Shown piece by piece: positions 1-13,067 of a stretch of 64,000 bases of DNA. Each line of letters opens with the position of its first letter. Position 1 is the stretch's first letter. Below the pieces are notes generated by a model. It was not told where the DNA came from. It ran no database searches and saw only the letters and a list, made by a program, of their open reading frames with translations. The DNA comes from Selaginella moellendorffii (taxonomy: Eukaryota > Plantae > Lycopodiophyta), in assembly GCF_000143415.4 (NCBI RefSeq), contig NW_003314330.1, positions 620,001 through 684,000 on the forward strand. Reading direction: 5' to 3'. A program made the position numbers and the translations under genes.

Positions 1-223
1 AGACATTGGCCTTACAATCCAGGTGAGTGGTAGTAGTCATTCACAAGTTTTCTTCCTTCGTCGTGACTGTTCTTTGTTTTCTTCCTTCCAGGGAAACAAA
101 GCGGAAGAGCTGCCAGAGCAAATGCTCTGTTGTGCTCGAATAAATAGATTAAACGTTGGTAGCTACAAGTATTTGAGCTGTGAAGACGACGCTGCTGGAA
201 CGCCTCGAAGCACACGGGGTTAA
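1..223 (+). CDS. 3' end of a DUF1336 / EDR2 C-terminal-domain protein gene (exons ..22 and 92-223)
   Basis: DIGLTIQ, GT-AG intron 23-91, then [20 protein letters not shown]..stop. Matches the DUF1336 C-terminal motif; more of the same gene is visible in the copy at 42835-43645. Confidence 0.8.
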   Translation, partial: DIGLTIQVSGSSHSQVFFLRRDCSLFSSFQGNKAEELPEQMLCCARINRLNVGSYKYLSCEDDAAGTPRSTRG

Positions 224-322
224 TTAAGAGTTTGCGATGTAAATAATTTGCTCTGAATTAAAATTTCGTGAGGGGATTCGAACCGCGACGTTTCCAGTCA
301 CTCTTTATTTTTAGGGCTCTTA

Positions 323-1744
323 ATGTCGGTACCATTCGAGCTCGTGGACGAAGAGGAAATGCAAGCGATCGAGGCCGCGCTGCGGCAGGCTAGCGCTTTC
401 CATCGCAGCAGGATGCTGGCGGCAGCGGCACGAGCTCAATCGAGCCTGGTTCTGGTGGGTGCGAGCGAAATATTTTCGATTGTTTCGTGTTTTGAGCGTT
501 TCGGGCATAGAATGTGTCATCGGAGGTGAGAGACATTGAGGATTCGGCGCCATTGCCAGCGGCATTGCGATTTCCATTGAAGAAGAGCCTGTGTGTGACC
601 GACATGACGGCATTGGTGAGCAAAGCAATGCTAGTTTTTAAGATTTGTTGCTGAGTTGATTGACAGGAATGGTGTGAGAAACAAGTGGAGTTTTCTTTCT
701 TGCGTGGGAAGCCTCCGAAAACTTCCGCAATGCAAGCCGGGAGCGCCCGGCACGTAGAGCTCGAATCAGAGGTAGCATTTTTTTCTTCGGCTTTCCTTCG
801 TTTACTTCCTTTCGTTTCCAAAGCAGGTTGTTAAGAGAGTGGATGTTGATATACGAACGAGAGAAGATTTCTGGGCTGTTCGATTCATCAATTATTTGGT
901 TGGCACTAGGCAGCTTCTAGCCGAAGGCCTCACGAGAGAACTTCCCATGTAAGCTAGAACAAAAGACTAGAACATGAGCTTGCTTCTTACAATCTTTGTT
1001 TTTGCAGAGTAGCATTTGTGGAAGGCAACTGGTGGACTGGTATCATTGACGAGTTGATGCTACCCGAAGGTAGTGCCGGACCTCGCCTAATTGATACGAA
1101 AACACGCTTACGTCAGTCTCTTCCATCCGACGCTCAAAAACGAAATGGAAGGTGCTCGTCTGTGTGTCTTTGCACGCTGATAGTATTCTTTGTGGCTTTA
1201 CAGGTTGCAGCTAATGTGCTACAAACTTCTGTGGGACACATTGTGCGAGCAAGCTATCCCTTTGGATGAGTTTTTCTCAAACTTTGAGCTCGATCCTCTA
1301 CAGGAGCTGTCCCTTAGCATAAGGTCGCATATTGTTGACATAAAGCTCAGCTCTAAAGTAAGTGCATGCTATGTGACTCGTTTTCTGATAAATAGCTGGT
1401 TTTGAAAAGGTGGATTGTTTGAAGGAATTACTCGGCGTTCTTCAAGAAAGTTGTACTGTCCTTCCTCTTGCTGACCAGCTATTGAAGCTAAGGTATGACT
1501 CGTTTGGAAATTCACCTCTATAGAAAAAACCTTTTGGTCTGCCAGATACGAGTGGCAAGTTGATCGCTCTTTAATTGGCGAGGAGGAGTTTATGTTTGAC
1601 CCCGACTGGTTGAAACAGAGAATCCAGTTCCATCTGCAGTTTTGGAATGGTAGGAGGGAGTCACATCTTGTGTCGCAGAGCGACGAGTGGAAGTGCAGAT
1701 TTTGTGCATTTGCTGACCGATGCAAAAGTGAAAATCAACGCTGA
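323..1744 (+). CDS. EXO5: Exonuclease V (Exo5/Dem1 family, PD-(D/E)xK nuclease with Fe-S cysteines), multi-exon
   Basis: Spliced peptides SLCVTDMTAL/EWCEKQVEF..AMQAGSARHVELE/..GLTRELP/..[40 protein letters not shown], stop TGA 1742-1744. Short GT-AG introns (e.g. 616-666, 772-826). First-exon structure uncertain. Confidence 0.85.
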
Positions 1745-2004
1745 TTCATGCTGCGTGGCTTGCATGACTCTCACGGCAAGCTCAAGGTCCGTGTATGTTT
1801 GGAACTGCTCCTTCTAAGTGTGCTTCACCATATAGGTGGAGGAACTTCGATCTCGTTTGAATTCATGTAGACGTTCTACCGTTTAGACAATTTTGGAGTC
1901 AAAGGCGAGGTAAACTTTTGATGCATTTTTGCGTCTACGGTCTTAACGAAGCATTCAGTCCGTGACGAGCTTACCAACGACTAGAGCAGATCAATCGTTC
2001 AGCC

Positions 2005-2664
2005 ATGAGCGCTGTGCTTGTGCTCGCACTAGCACTTGCAGCTCGTATGTTTTCTCAGGCACTGGGAGGTATGTGTGTGGATTTCTGGCTTGTAAAACTG
2101 TTTTAACACGTGCTATGTTATGCAGGCTGTGCTCTCGCTTTCAGCTCCTTTGTAAATTTGAGAGTCAGTAGCCGTGATCCGGAGAAGTTTTGCACGAACA
2201 CGGCTGGATACCTGTATAGAGTTCTAGCTCTCCGTGCAAACACCACTGTGGGCCAGCCATTGTTCGTGGATCTGGAAGACTGCTGGAAAACTATTTCTGG
2301 CTTGGATCCGGGGCACAAGTGTCGAAATGTTTTGGAGCTGTTCTCGCCGAACCACACCCACCCGTGTAAGTTTGATACCATGCAAGATCTACAGTGGAGC
2401 TTTGAACTCGCCAGGCTCAAATTCGAGGAGCTCTTGCAAAGCTGTAGAAGTTCCTTGGACAACTGTTCGGGGGCTCTAAGCTACGATGTCTTGCAACTGG
2501 AAATCAGTGTGAAGGATTTGCAACAGAGATGCGGAGATGCAGTTCGAGTTGCATTGCTCAGCACCGACGTCTTTGATGATTTCTGGGCACAGCGTGTTTT
2601 GACAGCCATGGCTTACTTCAAAATGACTAAATCCATGTTCGTGTCTCCATATGCATATAGCTAA
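2005..2664 (+). CDS. Secreted Cys-rich protein, SPARK-domain-like (exons 2005-2068 and 2126-2664)
   Basis: ATG 2005 gives signal-peptide-like MSAVLVLALALAARMFSQALG. Phase-1 GT-AG intron 2069-2125 joins in frame to ORF 2110-2664 with spaced Cys (GCALAF..FCT..DCW..KCR..PC..SC..NC..RC). Confidence 0.55.
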
Positions 2665-3174
2665 GTTTCAAAGGTAAAATTCATGCTCTTTTCTATTTCC
2701 TAACATCCTCCTGTCCCCATGCAGAGCGTGCGTATACAATTTCGTTGATATGTTTATCATTTCTGGTGTTACTCGGAATGACGGCCACAGTTTTGAAATG
2801 CATTTTCTTGAAAGTGAAGGATCCTTTGGGACGAGTTCACCACTCAGCGGTACATGGAATGTTGCTGTTAAGAATTCTTGGAACTTAAGATGCGATGCTT
2901 GGTGTTGTGTTCTACAGGAACTTGAGGATAGTAAAGCTGTGGAAAGCATCTGAGTATAGCAGCATTTTGTTCTCAAGCCACACACAGATTGTCTTATACT
3001 TCGAGAGAGAATTTTTTATGAATAGCAATTGCGTCCTCTTGTGTAGGTGACGTTCCTCCTATTCCATTGTAAATGCCTAAAACGTCATATTGTTTTTGAG
3101 GACAATGGTTTTTAAACTCTCTCAGTCTTTAATAATTTTATTCTTTTTGACACACTGATCTTCAATCCCTTTGA

Positions 3175-3848
3175 AAAACTATTTTCCATTTAAATCCCAT
3201 TTCATAATTTAAATACTTTCCCATGGATTTTGTTCATAGCCACCTCAAGAATTTAATATGTAAACAAAATAGAAATTTAAAAGAAAGAGTTTTTAATGGC
3301 CTTTTGCAAATGAAATATATAAGTATTTCATTTTAGTGTTTTAAAAATAATTTTTAATTTTTGTAAATAATGATCTTAATATATGAATTCAAATAATAGT
3401 GAATTTGGTATTTAAATACAAGATCCACTTTTGTAACACTTTATTTAATTAGATTATAAAAATAATGAGTATAGAAAAGAGACAAATAAAAAGTAAACTC
3501 AGTTACTTTTTTTGGTGATGCATACCATAAAGTGGAATTACATCTATGTATTAAAATTTTGATGCACAATATTATACTAATATTGATTCTCAGTTATTTA
3601 TTACTTTCTGTTTTGTTATTTATTATTTTTCATGAAATTAAGGTCTAGAAAGTTAGTGAACTCCTCCTTGTCATATAATATAAAAAAAATCAAATCACAA
3701 TATTAAGAATTTTTCTAAAAAATTATATATAAAAACTAACTCAATTCTCAGGATAAATATTTTTCTAAATAAATTAGAAAAGAGTGATTTAATTTTTATT
3801 ATGCCTATAATACTTGATAAGATAGCTCATAAATTATATTTTCATCTA
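3175..3848. repeat. AT-rich ~675-bp block upstream of the P450 copies
   Basis: Same-strand copy at ~41295-42015; partial copies at 46860-47028 (+) and 26545-26642 (-). Confidence 0.75.
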
Positions 3849-4168
3849 TTGTATTTAGATCCATTATTAAAACTACTTACGATATAAGTAAATTTTGATT
3901 AACAATCTTCACTTTACAGGATGCAAGGAATAAAGACAAATCAATGGAAACATTTCAGACGTTTCCTTCTCGATTTCTGAGAACATGCAGAAATTTATTG
4001 ATTTCGACACGATGCTTGCGGACTTTCCATTCGTAGGAATTTTTCCAAATATAAATTAATCTCACAATTATAGTATAAGTTCAACACACACTTACCTCTC
4101 CATCCTCATCTCTTCCACTCTTTTCTCTTATCTTCTTCTCAATCTCCAAAATCTCTCAAAGGATTTCC

Positions 4169-5741
4169 ATGGATTCTCTTCTCTACTCCAGCGGTTGGTA
4201 CTACTGGACGACTTGTCTGTGCTTGGCGATCGCATTCTTTGCGCTGCTCAATCTCTACTCGAGGAAGAAGGCGCATAGCAATCTTCCACCCGGTCCCTTT
4301 TCCTGGCCTCTTGTTGGATCACTGCCCTCTCTCGGCCGCTCCAGGCACCGCTCTCTCCATCGTCTCGCCAAGAAGTATGGACCAATCATGTATATGGAGC
4401 TGGGAAGCCGTCCTCACGTAATCATCAGCAGCCCCGCGATGGCCAGGGAGGTTCTCAAGGATCACGATGTCGAGTTTGCGAGCAGGCCCCAGTTCCACAC
4501 CTTCTTCAAGAACGTAAGCCACGACTATAATGATCTGGTGTTTGCTCCTCACAGCGAGCGCTGGAAGATGTTGCGGCGAGTGAGCGGCACGGAGATCTTC
4601 GCCGCCGGGAGAGTGAACCACTTCTCTGGGATCCGCAAGCGCGAGCTCGCGGCGTTTGCCTCGATCATCGAGAAGTCGGCGGCTGCCGGGGAGGCGTTTG
4701 ATCTCACCGCGCTGCTCCACGAGCTCTTCACCAACTTGATGACGTCGGTTCTCTTCGGCCAGAAGTTCTATAACTCGGACACCCCTGTCACCCGAGAGGC
4801 CGAGGCTTATCGCGCTGTGTGGGACACGACCATCGCGGAGTCGGAGCGGCTGTACATCGGAGACTTCATCCCTGCGCTGCGATGGGTCGACAAGATCAAG
4901 AGGAGCGAGCACAGGTTGAAGAACCAGATCATACCGGCAGTGGAGAACTTCCTAAACGCGATCCTCAAGCAGCACAAGGAGAGCTTCGTCGCGGAGAATC
5001 CTCCCAGGGACTTTGTGGACGTGATGCTCTCACTGGGTGGCGAGAACAAGCTGGACGACATGGCGATCATCGCACTCCTCCAGGTAAGGAGAAAAAAATC
5101 TCTTCTTGCTCGCTAAGAACTCGTGCTCGATTTCTTGATAGAATCTTCTCTTAGCTGGGACGAACACTTCCAAAGGCACTGTGGAGTGGGCGATGTCCGA
5201 GATGATACGCTGCCCCGGCGTCCAGAAGAAGGCGCACGAAGAGCTCGACCGGATCGTTGGAAGGAACCGCTGCCTGGAAGAGTCAGACCTCAAAGATCTC
5301 CCTTACATCCAAGCCATCGTCAAGGAAGTCCTGCGCTTGCATCCACTGGCCACCACTGGCCTCCCACACAGCAATCCCGCGACCTCCCAGCTCGCCGGCT
5401 ACACAATCCCGGCCAACACCACGCTGCTCGTCAATATCTGGGGGATCCATCACGACCCGGCGAACTGGAGCGATCCCGAGAGCTTCTGCCCAGAGCGATT
5501 CCTGGGCAGCGATCACAGCGTCCTGGGGAACCACTTCGATCTCATACCTTTCGGATCCGGGCGGCGCCGCTGCGTGGGAATACCGCTGGCGATTCCCCAC
5601 GTGTCGCTCACGCTGGCCTATCTTCTGCATCGATTCGAGTGGAGGATGCCGGATGGGCAGGAGATTGACATGGAGGAGACGACGGGGCTGGCGACCATGC
5701 CCGCCAAGCACCGGATTGTCTGCGCCACTGTGAGAAAATGA
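4169..5741 (+). CDS. Cytochrome P450, CYP71 clan (copy 1, intact, 504 aa; exons 4169-5083 and 5142-5741)
   Basis: Membrane anchor, PPGP hinge, I-helix LLAGTNTS, EVLR, PERF and heme motif PFGSGRRRCVG. Single 58-nt phase-0 GT-AG intron. Confidence 0.95.
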
Positions 5742-6194
5742 ACAACTTTACGGATACCTTTAAAATATTCGTATTTGCAAAGTAGGTTATCCCGAAATAT
5801 TTCGCAAACCTTTGATGCTCCATAAAGGTAGAGGGTAGGGTTGGACAATTAAAGCTATGTTGGATCTGAATTAATGAAGATTGAAGAGAATGGAATGAAA
5901 AGGTACACGCCCAGCTTGTGAAGACAACATGATTAGTTCTTGGAAGAACACCAAGTGGATTAAGGTACAGCTCACGTTGATCATTTGTGGACCAGAATCA
6001 ATAAATGTCTGCTAGTTCTGGGAAATGCAAGGCAATTAGAAACAGCACCTGCTCAAACCTTGCCAATTACCCACAAATGGGATCGGGGGAGTACTCTGGA
6101 CTAGGAATTACTCCAAGCCATTACTCACTTAACCCAAGACAAAGGACCATGAATTTACATATATCTTTCCACTCCTTTCTGTTATCTCCCATTT

Positions 6195-6261
6195 CTCTTC
6201 TTCTCAATCTCCAAAATCGAAAGGAATTCCATGCACAATCCCGGCCAACACCACCCTGCTC
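6195..6261 (+). pseudogene. Minimal P450 relic: 5'UTR+ATG fused to an exon-2 fragment
   Basis: TTCTCAATCTCCAAAATC..TTCCATG resembles 4136-4171. It is followed directly by CACAATCCCGGCCAACACCACCCTGCTC, resembling 5402-5429. Confidence 0.7.
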
Positions 6262-6659
6262 AAAGCATTGTTAAGAGCTCTAAAAAGTAAAAATAAACCT
6301 TTTATTGTAGGGCAAGGCAGCTTCCAAGGCGTGGAAGGCGCAGCAGAGGCAATCCAAGGCTCCAAGGCGAGGCGTGGTGCCATTCAATTCGAGTTTGCAA
6401 TCTGATTTTTAAGCTCGATGCCCTTTTTAAGCTTGATTTCCACAGAGCGTTCAGACCTTTTGACGTGCTCAACAGTCTATAAAGGTAAAGCCTGTGGCTT
6501 TGGTGGAGTTGCAGGACAGAAAACATATGTTCATTTATGTCCATTGGTAGTAAGCTGGGTCCAAGCATGGCTCAGAAGGATTACACAAAGGCACAGGCCC
6601 AGATAGAGCAAATGCAGGCCCAGCTAGCCAAGATGGTTGGAGACCATATAGTCCCTGAT

Positions 6660-7760
6660 AAAGCTAGTGCAGGCCCAAATAGCCATACTGTGTAATGCTA
6701 CAAGACAGTTAAAGAGCATAAGAATATATAGTTTTTGGAATAACACTAGGCATGATAGATGTAGTTTAAAGTGCAGGAAGAGTTCATAAAAACCATGTGG
6801 TTCACAAGTAGTACCAAAAGCTACAGGGAAATAATGAAGATGGCAGTTAAAGACTTATGTACAGCCTTTTTGAAAGCAAATACTGTTACGACTACAATAT
6901 CATTTGGCCTTTTAAATTTTAATCGTGACAGTGTTCATCTTTAAAAAGGCTGTACACAAATCTTCAGTTACCATCTTTGTAAAATGCACATTACTTCCCT
7001 TCCCAGGAACTCTGGAATTTGAAATACTTGTGAACCATAGAATTTTCATGAATTCCTCCTACACCTTAAACTACATCTTCAAAGCCCTTATCATGCCTGA
7101 TACTATTCTAAGAACCATAACTTCTTGTGCTTTCTCATGCTCTTCAACCGTCTTTATAAGCTATGCCTGTACCTTTTCATGGTCTTTAACTGTCTTGGTT
7201 CTTGTACTAGTGTTTGGGAGTGCTGCAAATGTTTGTACAACCTTTCTTAAGATGAATGCTGTCACAATCACAACATTGTTTAGTGTGGTAAGTTTCAGTC
7301 TATCTTCCTTTGTGGAGCTCTAAGTTTTTATATACATTTACAACTGGAACAAAGAAAAACGAGCCTATTAGGAACTTTCAGGCCATAACATTACACCGTG
7401 TGGTTTTTATGTGCCAAACGATGTTGTAGTTGTGCTATACACGAGAACCACACTGTATGATGTTATGGCCTGAGAGCTCCTCTTTAACAAATTCGTCTTT
7501 CTTTGTTACAGTCGTGAATCTTTACAAAGGAAGCAAAAAGTTAGAGCTTCACAAAGGAAGAAAAATCTACTAAGTCAGACAATGCTGTAGTCGTGACAGC
7601 GTGGTTCTCGTGCTGGTGCACGGATGTATATACAGCCTTTCTGAAGGCGAATACCATCACAACCATGATATGGTCTAGCCTAGTAAGTTTCAATCTATCT
7701 TCCTCTAATCCTCTATAGACATTTAGGATTGGAACAAAGAAAAACAAATCTGATGTCATC
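6660..7760. repeat. Nested long imperfect palindromes (fold-back region)
   Basis: Arms ~6700-6895 / ~6922-7200 (centre ~6905) and ~7290-7410 / ~7445-7590 (centre ~7430). Second copy at ~32270-33370. Confidence 0.7.
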
Positions 7761-9772
7761 CAGTGTGGTTTTTGTGCTGGTGTTGGGAATGTTGCAAATG
7801 ACAATGGTGTTGTCCATGAAATTGATGCTCTCGTTGATAATACTTGTCGAATGAGGGATTTCATTTTTAAGTGCTTTGGCAAGGATCTAGAAAGTCACTA
7901 TGGAGGAGTGGGTATAGTATAAAACCATGCTGATCAAACAACACACAAGTGGTCATCCAGATGTGCCATAAGCTACCTCCCAGCTCGAGAAGGAGCATGT
8001 AGCTCAAGTGGATGAGCTCTTAACAAATTATCTCAGTTACTGACGTTTATTTGGTTTTCTATTGATAGATGTTTATAGTTCTACACTCATAAACTTCTTC
8101 TATAGAGGGGTGATGAGAGAATATACCTTGCCAATGTTCTTGGGGCAGACATAACTATTATCTACATGAGCAAAAGGTGAAGGGATGATATCATTAAATC
8201 TTTTACAAAAGTGACTATCATTGCAAACAAGTAAGAAGTTTTCCATAGAGATTTTTCTCAGTTTCTACCAGCAAAGGGTGTGGAGTCAGCCAGTCGAGCT
8301 CTGAACTCGGCTGCCAAGTCATATTTTTGTATTTAGGGCCCTCACAATTTCTGGAAAAATACAAATGATTAAAGTTTTCTCTTAATTTTCATAACAAACA
8401 AAAAAAATTCATTAAAAAAATTAATGTAAAAGGAATAAAAGTCTATTTACTTTAATCAATATATGCTCCAGTGGAGAAACTCCTTAATAATGCTATTAGT
8501 TTTGAAATTGTTTTATATGTAGTTGATCTTTATATAGTAAACTCAATCAAAATAGTAAAAAATTGAAGAATAACTTTAATATGTTGCTAATAAATTAATA
8601 AAATGTGTAAAATTTAGAATTTAAATTTTGATATTGGATGAGGGATATTTCATGAAAAATATTGTAGTTGAAATTTAAAAACTTCTACACATACATACCA
8701 AATATTCTATCATAAAGACAATATTCTTATCAAATTCATTTGCTTAATGTATAAAACTCCAATTGGATAAATTCTCCACTCTAAAGTGCCTCATCAAATA
8801 GGTAATATATTGTTAAAATAACAATATTTAATATTTTAATGATAAAATGGTACAAAGTTTTTATTAGATATTTTTCTCTAATTAAATAATTACTCAAGTA
8901 AAATTGAAATTTTTTATTTTCTTAAATAACTCATAATGTGAATACATGGAATATGGAAAAAGAATATAAAAAATATATATATCAATTAGCCCAAAAACCC
9001 TATCTTATATATAGGAGCGAATAGTCTGGATTAAAACCAATTTGATAGCTAATCCCACTATATTAATATTAGTATACGACATTATAGCCATACGCTTGGA
9101 TCTCACATCATCTCTTCTTATCAAAATAATGGAAGACTGTCAAAGTTCTCTCATAAATGGGTTGGAAATTGGAGGAACATTAGGAGAAGGCATCAGTGGA
9201 TTTGTAAGTGGTGCCAATTGTTCTTAATCCTTTTGTATAAAGTGTTTTAGTTGTTATACATACAAAATTGGCTTGCTGGATGTCATGCCAAACCTCATAA
9301 ACTTGTAGTCCAACTTACCACAACACCTAATATAGTCCTTTTCACTGAGCAAGGAGCCCTTTAGATAAACTATATATCGTAAGATGAGGAAAATAAATTA
9401 ACACTAAGTCATCCATTTTGTACTCCGTAAGCGGATGATGATAGGAGTTGTAGTGCCATTGTTATCCCACTTGTATGCAGCCCAGGTGCTTAGCAGACTT
9501 TGCTCGGACAAGTGGAAGAATGTTCATCAAATATATATCCCACGACTTAGCATTAGTAGCTTGCGGCAATCACGAAAGTAAACCCAACTTCATTGGTAGT
9601 ATTGGATCATGACTATATAAGAGTTTATATGGTGAAGCACCAACAAAACTTTACACCCTTATGATATATGCATACAGAAGAAATAACAAATAACCATCCC
9701 AATCTAAATGGTGAAAGTTCATGTACTTATCAATCATCCATTTGAAGATCCAAATAAGCAGTTTCACCAAAC

Positions 9773-11337
9773 TGTAAACAACTAAATTTTCCATTCTAAC
9801 CACACCTTTGACCATTTGGAGGAGTTTCACTCACAACCTCCATAAGTCCTATTCTGGACTTGGGGACATGTTACCCCCGAGAATAGCATTTATGCCACTC
9901 AACCTTTGCACTTGGTCCAAGTGCTTTACATGTTTAATCCCATAATCAACACCCAAAGATGCCATTGACATATTAGCTGGTTAAGCTAAGGCCATGCCTA
10001 TTCACCTTTGTTACACTGATGATCCAACAACACTTACATTATAGTCTTGTCTCTAAAAAACTAAGCCATCTGTCCATGAGTGATCATCCCAGATCCACTC
10101 TTTAGCATCCTTAGGATGCCCTAAACATGGGAAATAACCTTCCTCAATATCCCTTTTTCAATCCTCACCAAGTCTTTTTCTGTCATGGCTATGTTCGCCA
10201 ACACTGCCATTGGGTCACGGCCCATAGGCCTGACCACTAAGTCCCACTGTCCTTTGGGACTTCCTCACCATGTGATTATCTTCTTGGTCACTACACCAAA
10301 AGATTTCTCCTCTTCCTTTCCACGGTCCGAAACTTTGGGATGTTTCAGAACACTATGGCCCTACGCAAGCTTCATGGGTACTCTTCCCACCTTTCGCCTT
10401 TGGGTGCCCTAGCCATGGGGCTAGAGTGAGGTTCCGTTAAGCCACGCCAAGTATCCAAATAGGTAGTGCCACCCACACTTAGACTAGGAGCATCAATAAA
10501 TCGATCTCCCGAGGGAACTAGAGCCAACACTTGAATACTTCACCAAGCTACCCCGCTTGTCTGTCCGTATTCACTTTAGCCTTAAACTCAATGGATATAT
10601 CATGACTCAACATGTGGGTCTAGCCTTCTTTAGTCACACTAGTCTTTCTTGGCCTTTCTTGGTTCCACTGGAGTCTAACCCCCACACTCTCCCTACTATG
10701 CTTTTGAAACCCACTATAAACCCCCTCCCCCCCCCGGGGGACGATTGCTTTGGGATTTCACCTAACAACTGGTATTAGTATTCGGACTCAGACTCAGATT
10801 TGGATTTGGACTCGGGCTTAGACTCAATCTCGGGCTTGGACTCAATTTCGGACTTGGACTCGGTCTCAATTCCATATCGGATTCCATCTCGAACTCCATC
10901 TCAGGTCCATCGTGGACTCCATCTCAGACTCCATCTTAGGTCCATTTTAGATTCTATCTCACATCTCAGACTCCATCTCAGGTCCATCGCGAATTCCATC
11001 TCAGGTTCATCTCGGACTCCATCTCTGGTCCATTTCAGACTCCATCTCAAACTCCTTCTCAAACTCCTCGGACTCTATCTTAGACTCCTTTTCGGACTCT
11101 ATCTCGGACACTTCCATGTGTCATTTGTTGTCCTCTTGTGTCCTTTTTTTAAAGACTCACTTATTGCTTGCTTCGTGCTCATTTCTCGCACACGTTGTTG
11201 GGAGTTCACTCTCACTCTCAACTTTTCAAGTTAGAGCTTTTAGTCCAAATGTGTTATGCTCATTTGGCTTTTGCCTCAACCACTACCATGTGGCACCCTT
11301 TAGCTCCACTTTGGGGCCTAGGGATTTTTATCTCACA
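9773..11337 (-). mobile_element. Solo LTR, family D
   Basis: TG..CA ends, 5-bp TSD CAAAC, homologous to 14528-16124, internal CCATCTCGGACT-type tandem array. Confidence 0.85.
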
Positions 11338-13067
11338 CAAACTGTCTGACTGTGGATGATAAACACTCATGGAAGTTCTTTACTTGAGGGCACCATTATC
11401 CTCTTTCCTAGTTTGTGCCACTTTAGGCACTAAGTTCTATTTTTCCATAATTTGTGCTAGGGCTGTCCATGGCCCTATCATTTGGGTACCTTACCACTCC
11501 TTCCCTTGGAGCTTTCATCTTTACTAAATTGGAGCATTTAAAAATCCATCCTTGAAAACATATTCTCTTTTCCATAATCCGTCAATATCTAACACATAAA
11601 CATTATTTTGCTCAACTTTGTTGTTTGGATTTCTTCCAATGACTCCTACGGCCTAAACTTGGCCACTAGTCTTTTACTCCTATCTGTTGATTGTTGTATA
11701 AAGTAACATAGGATCACTACCTCCATCCTCGATGTATCCTTTCGATTTCATGGCAAATATTCTACTTTGCTAAGTCCAAAGGATGTTCACCCTTAGTAAA
11801 TCTCTTTAGCATTTTCTGTTATGGGCTTTATGCACAGCCCAACCTAGTAACCCACCCATGAGTCCCTTTCTTATATTCACAATACCATTGCATTATCACA
11901 ATTTATTTCTCTTAGGTGTCTTTCCCACTTGGTCATTTCAACCAAGGCACAACATTACCAATAGTTCAAATTAACACCTTGAACTAGGAACTTTATTCCT
12001 TAATCTCATAAGGACATTATCCTTGTTTTAGCCATAAAATCACTTAGTGATCTAACCTTGACACTTTAACAAATTTGCCAAATGGTATTAAATTTTCCAA
12101 ATCTTTAACTTGTTGACCTTAACTCTGAGGGCATCTCCCACATTTGGCGGTGTGCTCAAGCCAGCCCTTCTGGCCAAGGGTCCATATCAATTGAGACTGA
12201 GTGTCCCCATCTCATTCACCATATCCTTGGTGCCACTTGCACCAAAGTGTTCAAGTTAAATATGCTAAGCTTTCACACTAAGTAATCTTACTATGTATCA
12301 CGACTCTGGGGCATCTCCTGTTTGGCAGTGTGCCCAAGCTAATCTCCTCACTGAGAGTCCGTGACCACTAAAAAATGAGTGTCCTTATATTCCAAACTAT
12401 TACCACACCTTAGTGAGTTGGGACTCGAACCCAAGCACTAAAGGGTTGAGACTCGAACCCAACCTCCGTATATGCATTTACAAACAGCATCATCCAAGAT
12501 GTCTGGCGTAACTCCCCACACCAGTACATCAATTTATACCCAAAACGTGATATGGATCACAATTTAGAAACCTAATTCCTTCGAACTGCCAAGTCCTCCC
12601 ACTTGACAAGTTTATAATTATACATGGACTCCTCCACACTTGGCCCTATGAGCCACCCTTTTTTGAAGTCACCAGCTTTAACTAGGGTCTTTGTTCCCCA
12701 CAACTTGCCAATATTGCTTAGTAAGTCATCTGATTAGTGTAACATGGTTTCATGCATAAGCGTGAAAGTCCTTAACCATCGACTTTCATTCAAAGTGTAA
12801 GGAACCAACTCCCCGAGGTGTTGTAGGCTAAAGGATCCCCAAAAGCACGACCAAAATGATAAAGAGTTCATCGGATGGGACCCGATGCCGAGACCGAGTT
12901 TGAGACCGAGTTCGAGACAGAGTTCGAGACAGAGTTTGAGATCCGAGATCGGGTTTGAGACCAAAGTCCGAGGTCAAGTCCGAAGTCAAGTCCAAGATCG
13001 AGTCTGAGACTGAGTCTGAGGTTGGATCCAAGATCGAATCGAGATCGAGTCCAAGTACTAATACAGG

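Noticed and set aside
262-300. GGTTCGAATCCC on the minus strand, suggesting a tRNA
   Set aside because: No acceptor, D or anticodon stems can be formed; it is an isolated Box-B-like word.
4319-5733. Antisense and alternate-frame ORFs over the P450 copies
   Set aside because: By-product of high GC3 codon usage; no recognisable domains.
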